The notes below the pieces were generated by a model. The model saw only the letters and a list, made by a program, of their open reading frames with translations, made no database searches and was not told the origin of the DNA. Shown piece after piece: positions 25,238 through 37,455 of a DNA stretch of 64,000 nucleotides. How positions within the stretch are numbered: position 1 is the first letter of the stretch; the number at the start of each line of letters is the position of its first letter. The translations under genes and the position numbers were made by a program. This DNA is from Octopus sinensis (Eukaryota), in contig NC_043010.1 of assembly GCF_006345805.1 (NCBI RefSeq), positions 24,614,001 through 24,678,000 on the forward strand. The letters run 5' to 3'.

Positions 25238-25283
25238 GACACCTGACGAAGGCTGGTGGGTGTATCAGCCGAAACGTTGTGTT
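25238..25283 (+). ncRNA. Minimal type I hammerhead motif
   Basis: gacac-CUGACGA-a-ggcug-gugggugua u-cagcc-GAAACGUU-guguu; stem III has no loop (palindrome aacguu). Confidence 0.68.
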
Positions 25284-26628
25284 AACAACAAACAAGATGA
25301 GGACAAATATCCGTCATATGTAAATAATGTAAATAATTCCTCATCTCTTGAATATAGAACTGTATTCCTCCATTACATTCAACTGATTTTGTTATACCAC
25401 CCCTTCGTTCATTTTCCACTTTGTTCATTTTCCACTTATGGTTTGTTTGTTTTTATCCCACAGTAACCGTTAATTCTGTCTCCCAGTCTAACGTTTATTT
25501 CGTGGGATAAAAACCTCATTTTATTAAAAATGTATTTTTACAGGAAGAAAAAGAAACATTAACTGTATAAAAGAGCAAATTATTCAGGAAGGAAAAAGAT
25601 CCCGTAACTAACTCACCAAGGAAACAAGGAATTATTTTAAAAAGGGAGAGAATTAAGCAACAGAAGAGAGGGTACTAGGATCAGCCTTGATTAAACAGGC
25701 CACTGTTAAAAAAGACGCTCCTATCGTGACGCTCCGATCCTTTTCATTGACATACTGCATCCAAGATTGCATTATCCAGTGTCACATCCATCCTATGATT
25801 TGAAGAAGATTTTGCTATTATTTCTAGCGGGTCGAGACACCTCGTAAACGCAACCCTCACTGGTCCGAACGTAATTAATTTAGACAAATGCTCGTGTTTG
25901 TTTTGCTGGCAACAGCGTAACAAAAATATGAAGATCAGAAACCAAAAGTAAAAACGAACGCATACAGAAAACGTTTTACAATTACTAACAATCGAATGAA
26001 TAGTTGACCTTTATTAACCTTCTTTACAACAAGAATCTTAACGAGAATTTAACAAATAAACACATAATGCATTTTAGGGAATTATCCCAACTTTGACAAG
26101 TGATGAATTTCTCTTGAGATTTTGACAGATGAACTTTCACATTCTTATCTACGACCTGAATCGTCGTTACTTTTGTTATTGTATCATGTGTCGTCCTTTG
26201 TCTTATCTGTGTTCGTTTCCCAGGGGAAAGCTTGACGACATCAAACTTTATTTACGAAAATATTTCTGGCTGGGTTAGTTAAAGAGATAGAAATTAAGGA
26301 AATGAATCTAATTATAGACGTTATCTACGTTAAAGGGCTCCACCTACGTTTCTATAAATGATAGAAAACCACTTACAATTAGTAAATATTTATACAGAAT
26401 CTATGAAAACAGCCAACTGCAAGCTCAGTCACATTAAATACATTTGCACATGCATGTTTCTAGATTGTTATTGCTGTGTGGAAGTAGAACACCCCTATTG
26501 GTTGGCTCCTAATGGACTGTGCCACAATATTAATGAACATACGCAGAGAACCTTCAGGAGAGTAAAGCCGAGAGTTGTGTATTGTCGAGAGTTATTGCCA
26601 TTATCTTGAGTAGAACGATTTGCAAAGA

Positions 26629-26629
<1 letters not shown>

Positions 26630-26670
<41 letters not shown>

Positions 26671-29600
26671 TTTTTTTTCTTCTTTCAAATTTTCTTCCAT
26701 TTCTTGCCGAGTGTCTTCCCGACTCCTAGGGCAAAGAAACTCATAGTGTATATTGGTAGGCCATTAAACCAAACTCAGTAGTTCGTTCATTTTTTTTTTT
26801 TTTTTTTTTTTTTTAAGTTAAATTAAAATACATGAGCAGCAACAGTTCTCACATCGACAATGCTCTTCTCAATACGTGTGATGTACCAGTTAAGACAATC
26901 TTTTGCACTTCTTGCAGGGATGGTAAGCCAGGGATCATTCTCATATAATTTTCGGTTCCCTTCTTGATCATTTCTAGTGCTCCTACGATCACTGGTATTG
27001 TAACCGCCTTGAGATGCCACATTTTCTCAATTTCAATGAGTAGGTCTTTATATTTTCTGAGCTTGTCAAACTCTTTCGCTGAGATATTGTGATCACAGGG
27101 GATGCTCATGTCGATCAATAAGCAAACTTTATTGTTTTGGTCTTTCACAACAATATCTGGTTTATTGGCCTTGATGGTTCGGTCTGTATGTACTGGAAAG
27201 TCCCACAGAATGGTTACATTTTCTCCTTCAGTTACAGCCTCAGGGTGGTGATTATACCACTTGTCGGCAGTTTTGATATTGTAATGCCGACTTATTAGCC
27301 AGTGGAGATATTGGCCAACTCTGTCATGTCTTAATTTATACTCCACTGGTGCTAAAACTTTACATCCAGAGATTAGGTGGTCCACTGTTTCAATCATGTC
27401 GTTGCAGAATCGGCATTTTGGGTCTGCTCCATTTTTCATCACATTGGCCTGGTAGTTCCGGGTTAATAGGCTTTGGTCTTGAGCAGCCAGGATGAAACCT
27501 TCGCTCTCTGCTTTTAGCCCTGAGCTCCGCAGCCACTGATGGGTTTGCTTCTGGTCAACATCAGCTTGTTTGCTGCGGGTCACATATTTGCCGTGAAGAG
27601 GTTTCTCCTCTCACCTATCAGCCAATTGCTCGTGCGCTTTTTTCATTGCCATCATTTTCACCTTCTTTGCAACAATAGTTGCCGTACTTCCCTCGGGTTG
27701 TTCAGTTTGGGTATCCTGCACGAGATCAATAGCAAATTTTTTGCTTTCCTTGATGATAGAATGAAGCTTCTTTCGTCTCTCGTGATTTTCCACGAGCTTT
27801 AGCATCCAGTCATTCGATATTTCGAGATATTTGGCCAGTCCAATTGTGGTTGTTTTGTAAGCTAGTTCAAATTGGATCAGGCCTCGACCTCCTTGGGCTC
27901 TGGGAAGGTAAAGGCGATCTACGTCTGCCTTTGGGTGGTGCATCCTATTACAACTCAGCAGCTTGCGTATTTTTCTATCTATATTCTTTACTTCACTCAT
28001 ATTCCAGTTCAACATATTGTAGCTATAAGTAACAACTGGAACTGCTAAGTAATTTATAGCTAACACCTTGTTACGTGCATTTAGTTCAGATTTCAGGACT
28101 GCACGAACTCTCCTATAACATTCCTTCCTGATTTTCTCTTTCATGCTTGCATGCTGAATACCAGAGCCTTCATTTATCCCTAAATATTTGTATGTCTGTT
28201 CTTGCTCAAGCTCTCTTATGACTGTCTCAACATCTAACACGACTGAATTTGTGGTCTTCACTTTCCCTTTCTGGAAAGTGGCCTTGGCACACTTCTCAAG
28301 TCCAAACTCCATCCCGATGTCATCGCTGAATGCTTTCACGGTGCGCAATAGGCCTTCAAGTTCATTATTGTCTTTACCATAAAGTTTTAAGTCATCCATA
28401 TAAAATAGATGGCTTATTTTTTTATTGGCAATTTTATACCCATACCCTGTTCTGTTTAATTCACTTGTAAGGGGTATTAGGGCTATGCAGAATATTAAAG
28501 GTGAAAGTGAGTCACCTTGAAAAATTCCACAGTTGATGTTTATATTTTCTGAGGCAAGTACTCCATTAGAGTGGTATAATTGGAGATTCGTATTCCACAA
28601 CGACATATTGTGCTTCAGGAAGTTTGAAATCACAGGGGAAATTTTAAAGATGTCCAGCGATCTCAAGATCCATGGATGCGGTATACTGTCGAAGGCCTTT
28701 TTATAGTCAATCCATGCGGTGCTGAGATTTCTGCGCTTGTTGTGACAGTTCTCAAGGATCATACGATTGATTAGCAGTTGATCTTTGCATCCGTAAGAGC
28801 CTCGGCGGCATGAATGCATATGTTTTCTCCGCCAGGATAGATGTTAGGATTTTATACGTGGTGGATAGACAGGTTATAGGCCGATAGTTTTTTGGAAGGT
28901 TGGTTTCGTTATTCTTTGGGAGTAGGTAAGTAATGCCACTTGCTAACCATTCAGGTGTTTTCTTTGGGTCTCTCAAAATTCCATTGAGCAGCTGAACTAG
29001 CTTACCGTGTGCGCACGGGAGCGATACGAGCCAGAAATTCGGCACCCTATCTTTACCGGGGGATTTCCAATTATGGGCCTTCGTGAGTGCCTTTCTTAGG
29101 TCTGCTATTGTGATGTCTTCCATGCTTGTTGTTGTAAATTTTGTTAGGATCCTTCAGTTTGTATAATCCAGTCTGCATTTATGTTGTACGTCTTCTTGTC
29201 ACTCCAAATCCTTTCCCAAAAGTTTTGAACTTCTTCCATGGGAGGGGGGTCTTTAACGGTTACTTTCTCCTTCCCTATTTCTCTGTAGAATTTTTTGGCA
29301 TTGGATGTGACAGCTTATTTTGCTTGTAAAACTTGTTTCTCTTCTCAAATCTTCGTATTCTTTGGGCTTTTGCTTGGACTTTTTGTTTCAGCGTTTCTTT
29401 TATTGATATCAGTTCTTCTCTTGGTGAGGATCCAAATTTTCTCTTCATCTTTCTTCCTGTTCTGGATCTTACATCATTTCCACATATTAGTTCATTTAAT
29501 ATTGATATTTCCCCTCTCATAAATTCAATCTCTTTTTCAATTTTACTTCTCCAGTTTGATTTCTTCCCAGGTTTTGTTTTCTTGTTTTTTCGGGGGAATA

Positions 29601-30520
29601 CAGCTGGTTTCAATTGCCCTAGCAGAAGCGTAAATAATTTCATTTAACTCAGTAAAATCAGGTTTTAATTCTCGTATTATTTCATTTGTTACATAGTTGC
29701 CAATTTGGATTTGTTTTTTATTTTGTTTGTATTTGAGAGTTTATGAAGCGGTTCTCTATCATTCATACTTGTATGTCTTACAACTTCAAGCGTATTCAGG
29801 ATTTTCTGCCTCATTTCTGCCATAGACTCTCTGTGTTCTTCAGCAAATGCGAGATCTTCAGTTACTGTTGTTTTACGTTTTCCTGGCTATCTTTAACAGG
29901 TACAATAGAATTTCTTGTATCTTCAGGCCTTTGCGTACTTTGGTCAGATGGCAGTCTTTCAATTAAGCCTCGTGGCGGGCTATACTGTTCATCTGATTCT
30001 TCATTTCCTTTGTGTCTTATATTTATGTCATTTTCCGTTGCGTGCTTGATCGCACTTATTCACTGTCTGTGAGTCTGTTATTTCTAAAGATATCCCTCCT
30101 CACATTTGCTAATTTGTTCTCGTCCAAATAGGGCCTACTGTCTTGATTCCGTGTTCTCCATATACTGTAAGAGTTTGCGGTGTGTCTCTCTTGAGATGGC
30201 CTACCTAATGCATAGTAATAAGCGTATATTACTTCTTTATACTCTTCTCGGGTCCATTTGTTCCGCTTACATTTTTCTTTCTGTGGTGGTTGTGGCGGTG
30301 AACTTGGAGGGCTCGAGTTGGGGGATTTCCCGTTCAAGTGACCGTCCATGTCCGTATTCGGAGAAGAGTTTGTGCCAGTTGATGACTTTTCGATCCCAGG
30401 CTGGCTCTTCCCTGGGGGACGCGCTTCCAGATTAACCATAGGACAAGCGATTTGGTATACTGATTTAGTTTTCCTTTTAGTTTCCAAAAACATTTTGGTG
30501 CTACGATAATGTTATCATTT
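26630..30520 (-). mobile_element. Near full-length R4/Dong-clade non-LTR retrotransposon (single ORF: RT, CCHC, REL endonuclease), disrupted
   Basis: N-term KWTREEYKEVI; YRPITCL; GIFQGDSLSP; YMDDLKLY; CRFC..ETVDHLISGC; RHDRV; KPDIVV..IDMSIP..KYKDL; 3' end joins (TAA)n at 26630-26669. Premature TGA near 27611, frameshifts and an internal deletion near 28810. Confidence 0.93.
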
Positions 30521-31031
30521 TTAGCTTTGATTGGCTCGTGGGGAGACGGCCATCATTGCCGTTACAATTATAATCGTACCATTATAGCAGCCGTAGTCGG
30601 CTTATTATTGTTATTATCTTCACCATTACCATCACTATCATCATTATCACCACCATTACCATCATCATCATCATCATCACCATCACCATCACCACCATCA
30701 TCATCAATGATATTGTCTTATGTGTAGTCACAGCAGTATCTTATTATTGTTATTTTTGTTTTTTTATCATTATCACCATCACAGTAGTGTCTGTCTGTCT
30801 CGTTGGCTGGCTTGGTGGTTGGCTGGCTGACTGTCTTCAATGCCAGAGTTCTTGCCTGTCAAATAATACTTTCATATTTGGTTAACAATAGAGCCGAGGT
30901 GAGGTTTGTGTGTGTGTGTGTGTGTAGATAGATAGATAGAATATCAGCACTATTACTATCTTTTTTTTTGGGGGGGGGGGGGTCAAAAAAAGTTCAGATT
31001 TTTACTACTATTAGCCTTAAGAAAAATTAAG

Positions 31032-31952
31032 GAAGGGGTGTCCTGTATTGTTTGTGAGTAGAGAAGTTGTGTTCGACCAGAGAGAATCTTAGCATCATCA
31101 TTTTTTTTCTATGTGCGTTTGTGTTATTGCAATAAAAAGTGTTTGTATATTTCGTGTAAGGTAATATTGTGGAGGTTGAAGTTGACTTTTCTAGAGATGT
31201 TTGTATGTCCAGTTAGAAGAACAGGTGTGTTTTTGCAATAAAAAGTATATGTTTACATTTATATTTGAATATTCAGGGAGGAAGCAAAGAAAAGTCAGAT
31301 TTTCATAGAAAGTTTTACGGTTTTGAAAGTCCACAAAAAGAAAAGCGTGATGTTTTTAGAGAGAAGAAAAAAAAAAGGATGTTTACAGAGGCAATTGTGG
31401 GTATCAAAGTTTTTAAAGCTGGTCGAATGTATGATTGAAAACTGTAGATATGTAAATTTGTAAATTTTCTTAACTTATTTTGAAGGGCTGTTCTGTATTA
31501 TTTGTGAATAGAGAAGCTGTGTTCGACAGAGAGAATCTTAGCATTATTATTTTTTCCATGTGCGTTTGTGTTATTGCAATAAAAAGTGTTTGTATATTTC
31601 GTGCAAGGTAATATTGTGGAGGTTGAAGTTGACCCCTCTAGAGATGTTTGTATGTCCAGTTAGAAGAACAGGTGTGTTTTTGCAATAAAAAGTATATGTT
31701 TACATTTATATTTGAATATTCTGGGAGGAAGCAAAGAAAAGTCAGATATTCATAGAAAGTTTTAGGGTTTTGCAAGTCTACAAAAAGAAAAAAAAGAGAA
31801 AAGCGTGATGTTTTTAGAGAGAAGAAAAAAAAAGAAAGAAAGAAAAAAGGGTGCTTACAGAGGCAGTTGTGGGTATTAAAGTTTTTAAAGCCGATCGGAT
31901 GTATGTTTGAAAGCTGTAGATACGTAAATTTGTAAATTTCTTAACCCACTTT
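31032..31952. repeat. Tandem duplication of a ~450-470-bp unit
   Basis: Unit 1 at 31032-31481 and unit 2 at 31482-31952 align along their whole length with scattered differences. Confidence 0.9.
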
Positions 31953-32097
31953 GAAGAGAATTTCAAATACTCACGAGGTATTGTAGATGTTCCAGTCTTT
32001 GAGAGTTATTTTTCCCCGTTGCTAAACTGGCCCATATTAGTGTTTCTATGGCTTTCGGCCACCGAACTGTATTATTATTATTATATTATTATTATTA

Positions 32098-32145
<48 letters not shown>

Positions 32146-32420
32146 CATCTTGTTATAGCGTACGTCGAACGTGCGATACAACAGTTATAAAAAGAAATGG
32201 ATATGCATTCAGCTATCAAGTCAGTGCATATGCATGTGTGAGTGTGTGTGTGTGTGTGCGTGTGTGTGTGTGCGTATCCGACGGGCTTCTTTCAGTTTTT
32301 ACCTACCAAGTATGCGGGGGTTTATAGATTTATAGTAGATTCCCACCACAACTACAAAAGACTGACATTGCACATGAATAAGAAATCGATGTAAATACAA
32401 GCGTAATTAATATATATATG

Positions 32421-32841
32421 TTTCTTTATTGCCCACCGGGGGGGGGGGCTAAACATAGAGGGGACAAACAAAGACAGACAAATAGATTAAGTCGATTACA
32501 TCGACTCCAGTGCGTAACTGGTACTTATTTAATCGACCCCGAAAGGATGAAAGGCAAAGTCAACATCGGCGGAATTTGAACTCAGAACGTAGCGGCAGAC
32601 GAAATACCTATTTCTTTATTACCCACTAGGGGCTAAACATAGAGGGGACAAACAAGAACAGACATAGGTATTAAGTCGATTACATCGACCCCAGTGCATA
32701 ACTGGTGCTTAATTTATCGACCTCGAAAGGATGAAAGGCAAAGTCGACCTCAGCGGAATTTGAACTCACAACGTAACGACAGACGAAATGCCGCTAAGCA
32801 TTTTGCCCGACATGCTAATGATTCTGCCAGCTCGCCGCCTT
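32421..32841 (-). mobile_element. SINE family 1, dimeric (junction B)
   Basis: head-core-tail1-core-tail1. Confidence 0.88.
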
Positions 32842-32852
32842 AATATGTATAG

Positions 32853-33175
32853 CAGTGGTTCTTAACCGAGGTCCATACGGTCCCTGGGGGTTCATATAAG
32901 ATTTTGTAGGGTCCACACAACATAATAATAAATAATAAATCTACAATAGTATTCTAAGGGACCCTGAAAAGCTTTTGCTTTCAATGTATCTATTACTAGA
33001 AACAGTCAAGTTTCTTTCTCTGCTTTTTTACATAGATCAACCTATACAAGTTAAAGTGTGAATAACAAGATCATAATTTTGACAGAAGTGTCTATAAGAC
33101 TAGGTTTTTAAATATCCCGCAAAATAAAATAGTAGCGAAAGAGGTCCGTAGATTAAAAATGGTTAAGAACCCTTG
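32853..33175. mobile_element. hAT-superfamily MITE
   Basis: TIRs cagtggttcttaacc / ggttaagaacccttg; 8-bp TSD atgtatag (32845-52) / atatatag (33176-83). Confidence 0.85.
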
Positions 33176-34101
33176 ATATATAGGATTGCTGTTGTTTGTG
33201 GGATTAATTTTGTCAGCACATGTCCCATTTCAATATCACCTCTAACTCCTCGATGTTTTAAACGGAATTCCCTTTGGGCAGAGCATTCAAATCAGAACTC
33301 CGTTTACAAGGAATACATCACCTCGATACATTACTTCTAACTAAATCCTATTTTGATCAGTGCCATTATTTAAATGATCTATGATCTGGTAAATAGAGTT
33401 CCTCTCCAGAGGACTGTTGATAGATATTCAGAGACTACTTTAATCTAATGTCCTCTTTCGCTTCTGTTCTTTTTCGAGATTGGTACCATTTTCTGGCAAT
33501 CAAAGACCCCGGGCGGCTTGACAAGAGCCATGGTGCTGATGACGCCTATCGATGCAGAAACATGAATCTGTGTTGTCCTCTTGTCTCCAAACGAAAAAAA
33601 TTGTCGTTTTTTTTTTAATGGCATGTAACTATGGAGAAATTCTTAATTTTTGACATTATCTTCCTTCCTCATTCGGAGTCAATCACAAATGAGCCTTGGC
33701 ATTTGTTTACGTTCTTGCGAAGAAAAAATAATTTCAGTAAATCACCATTTTAATTGGGCATATATTTAATATACCTTCATTTGCGTTTGCCGTCCAAATC
33801 CTTGCCACTGGCCACTCAATAAATCTCTTCCAACTCATTTTTGATTTAATTTATACTTGTATGTACCCATGCGTGCATACGTGAGTGTGTCTAGGTAAGG
33901 GTATATCAATGGTTGTATATATACATAAATACGTGTTTGTGTGTGTGTGTGTGTGAACCGCTCATAACAACGGCCCACATATGGTTTCAGTATTCCAATG
34001 TGGGACTTACTTGACCTTTGAAAAGATTCACAGATGATCACAGGTCTGCAGAATTTCTCATTCTAAAGAGGAAGTCTAGTCTTTGGGTCGCTGTTTAGCA
34101 A

Positions 34102-34159
<58 letters not shown>

Positions 34160-34612
34160 GAGGTCAGCTTGAGAAAGCATCAGGGATTGTGCGAGATATA
34201 CAACACGAAATATTCAATGGCTTCCATACGATCTAATGGCCAGTGAAGTAACGAAATATCGGATTAATTAAATGTACGAAAATTAATTACTAAGTATTAT
34301 ACACCCGCGCACACATGAACACACACACACACATAGACAACAGACATGGACACATACACACACACTCATATATATATATATATTACAGAAATAGATAATT
34401 GCACTCACAAATGTTATATATATATATACATACGTATATATAAGTGCGTGTATATACATACATATATATACATATGTATATATATATTATATATATATAT
34501 ATATATATAATATATATATATATATAAATTATTAAATAGTGCAATACAGTTCATTGTTGTACCACTGTCTTATATATATACACACACACCACACACACAT
34601 ATATATATATAT

Positions 34613-34659
<47 letters not shown>

Positions 34660-34739
34660 TTATATCTATATAAATATGTATATGTATATTTATATACATA
34701 TATATATTATATATATGTATATCTATATATCTATATAAA

Positions 34740-34792
<53 letters not shown>

Positions 34793-34869
34793 TATATATA
34801 CATATATATACACATATACATAAATATATATTGAGTGTGTGAACAGTTATATGTATATCTATCTATCTA

Positions 34870-34908
<39 letters not shown>

Positions 34909-34947
34909 ATGTATATACATACATACATACATACATACATACATACA

Positions 34948-34981
<34 letters not shown>

Positions 34982-35329
34982 ATGTGTGTGTGCATGTGTT
35001 GAGAGAAAGAGAAAGAGAGAGAAGAGAAAGTAATTTCAATTATGTTTTAATGATAACAAAAACGGAAATAATTAAATGCAAATGAAGAAAAGTTAATTAA
35101 TAAATGATAATGTGTAATTATCGCCGATTTCCCTGGGTAAATTTTAAATGATGCAAAATGTCAAATCTAAAGAGTGAACTCTTACAAGATTTTTTTCTAA
35201 TTAATTATTCTCATGTTCTAATTCTTTGAATGTTTGATGCTTATAACGGTCATATGTTCCCCAACCACCTGGTGCTTATGTGCTTTTAACAGATACTAAG
35301 ACAATTAGGATTTAGATTTCAGACAGAAT

Positions 35330-35700
35330 TGGCCCAGACCATAACTAACTTAATAGCACCACTAGAGAAGACATTTCATCATGTTTCACGTTACTGTTAA
35401 TGTTTGGGCACCACAGCTCATTCGAGTGAAGAGAAATATCGGGGCGTGTATGTTGTTAATCTAAGATTTGTGGGAGGAATTCGTCAAGAAACTGCTCGAA
35501 TGCTATAAGGCTTTTTTTTTTCTTTACTCCCCTTACATGTCTTGGCATGACGTTAAAGAGAGCAGGAACAGTTGAGGTGAGTTCATATTGTTACCGAAGA
35601 TTCGAATCAAATTCAGGATTCTTTCGTTCCTATTAATGTTTAACTGCGGACAGTGGTATGAATATATTCATGCTGGATAATAGCCGTATAAGTATCCCAG
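35330..35700 (-). mobile_element. Old diverged 3' fragment of the CR1-like family at 18161-18720
   Basis: attggcccagaccataactaacttaatagcacc..tttgggcac resembles 18200-18270. Confidence 0.6.
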
Positions 35701-36188
35701 TACTGAGGAAGGGTTTCAGATATCATGGGCTCTCTCTTTAGGGTTTACTCTTTTATAAAATAGTATAAGGAGTTTTAAAACTTATTACCTGAATATGTGG
35801 GTGAACAGAGTGGAGCGCTTCATATTTTGGCTGGCCCTTTTTGTCAATTCCGAGGAAAGAGGCTGAGAATGGCATTCGTAGAGTTTCCTAGTCATATATG
35901 CATATATAGATATACTTCTATTCTCCATTTTTTAACTGAATTGTTGCGTTTTATAGGATTTCTCTCCATAAATTTACAACACATCATTTACAAGTATTAT
36001 TTTCATACTCGCAAATTTATGCTTGCAAACTACCAGCAAAATATGAAAAATCAATACTAGAAATCTTTTTTAGAAGCCCCCAAATTAAAGGAGGAATCTA
36101 AATTCAATCTTTTTACACCTATGCATATATATATATATATATATATATATAAATGGAGTTGAACGAAGATGTTAATAAAATTCTTTTA

Positions 36189-36270
36189 CTTTCGACATAT
36201 GTTTCGAAGACAACATGGTTTTATTCCAAAGGAATAAACGGTGTAGGATGCAATCTTCTCACCAGGAAAG
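36189..36270 (-). ncRNA. Hammerhead motif with a core mutation (CUGGUGA), probably inactive
   Basis: Mirror copy of 36853-36934; keeps the palindromic GAAAC-AUAU-GUC. Confidence 0.6.
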
Positions 36271-36555
36271 AAAGAGAGCCTCTCTCAACAAGACATTATA
36301 ACAATTACGATGACTGCCTATATGATAAACAGAACGTTATTAAATATTTTTTAAAAAACCGTTAGTAGATTTGACGTCAAAGGCAGATAGTAGGAAGAGA
36401 AGGGTTAAAGGAATAATAAGTAGAGAACCAATAGAGAGGGAGGGATACGTAGATTTAAAAAAATGTTCAAAGGCTTAGAAATAGACTTCTCTATTGAAGT
36501 AAAGTGCAAGTTAAACTAACTGTTCAAACTATAAGGACTGGCGAATTCACTTATA

Positions 36556-36820
36556 TTAGTAAAATGTACATTTCTGCCAGCGTTTATATTTGTACGATCG
36601 CTCTATAAGTGTGTTTACAAGGGGATTCTTAGAGAAGAGAATATGGAAGAGTTCAGAGTTGCAAATGTTACAAAATCTCTTGCCCTTATCGAAAGGAAAG
36701 GATACGGACAGTATGAACCAATCTAACTTAAAATCTATATTGTTATCTTTAAGATGCCAAACCAATTTACTTAGCCCTATACTATGGCGTTTTTTGCTAT
36801 CCCTAAATGTTAAATAATGA
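36556..36820 (-). pseudogene. C-terminal part of a Penelope-type GIY-YIG endonuclease
   Basis: HYLTFRDSKKRHSIGLSKLVWHLKDNNIDFKLDWFIL..FCNICNSELFHIL..LVN fits the PLE pattern H..SFR..LS..IW.LK..W.IL..C.LC..E..I..LN. Confidence 0.75.
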
Positions 36821-36852
36821 TTTGAAATTCTCTTGGATAACTGGCTCTCTTT

Positions 36853-36934
36853 CTTTCCTGATGAGAAGATTGCATCCTACACCGTTTATTCCTTTGGAAT
36901 AAAACCATGTTGTCTTCGAAACATGTGTCGAAAG
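36853..36934 (+). ncRNA. Type I hammerhead motif, intact core, extended stem II
   Basis: cuuuc-CUGAUGA-gaaga..(inner hairpin uuuauucc/ggaauaaa)..ucuuc-GAAAC-augu-GUC-gaaag. Confidence 0.75.
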
Positions 36935-37407
36935 TAAAAGAATTTTATTAACTTCGTTCAGCTCCATTTATTTATTTATTCGTCTATAACACACAAATTA
37001 CTGCACATTAACCCGGAGTTTCTACCTTTGGATAGATCGCTTCAACCGTGTTTCTGACGTGAATTTGCTACCCTGGTATCGGTTCATTGAATTTTCCATG
37101 TTAACGGTAAACATAGAATAATTCATTCACCCATTGAAATATATATATATATATGAGTGGTAGGTAATGGACAGACCGTAGTTAAACTCTTGGTTTAATA
37201 GTGACACGAATGAAGAGTTTAATATGGGTCTTGTACTAGCATGAACTTAAATATTTACATCTATTTAACCATCTCACACCGTCTCTGATGAAAGGATATC
37301 CATAATATCCCAGAAATAGCTGTAAGTCTGTATCTCTTTCCTTATACATTTCCTGAAAACTCCTCACAGCCTTGGCTTTGTTATCTCTTTTTGTCATATA
37401 TATATAT

Positions 37408-37439
<32 letters not shown>

Positions 37440-37455
37440 GATATATATATATATA

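Larger units (their letters stand above)
24797..25360. mobile_element. Two oppositely oriented ~150-bp hammerhead-bearing repeats flanking (TTA)n/(TAA)n
   Basis: 24797-24950 is the reverse complement of 25190-25338; both 5' ends (tc.aaaaataccttagg) abut trinucleotide repeats. Confidence 0.8.
36150..37140. mobile_element. 5'-truncated Penelope-like element with an inverted pseudo-LTR and tail
   Basis: Arms 36150-36280 / 36843-36970, each with a hammerhead; GIY-YIG C-terminus between them; ~170-bp tail to (TA)n. Confidence 0.85.

Noticed and set aside
26670-26700. aaaatttgaaa shared between the Dong 3' end and SINE family 1 tail type 2
   Set aside because: The match is too short and AT-rich to support a SINE-LINE partnership.
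34185-34225. ttgagaa-a-gca..tgc-gaga hammerhead-like string
   Set aside because: GAGA instead of GAAA and no stem I pairing.
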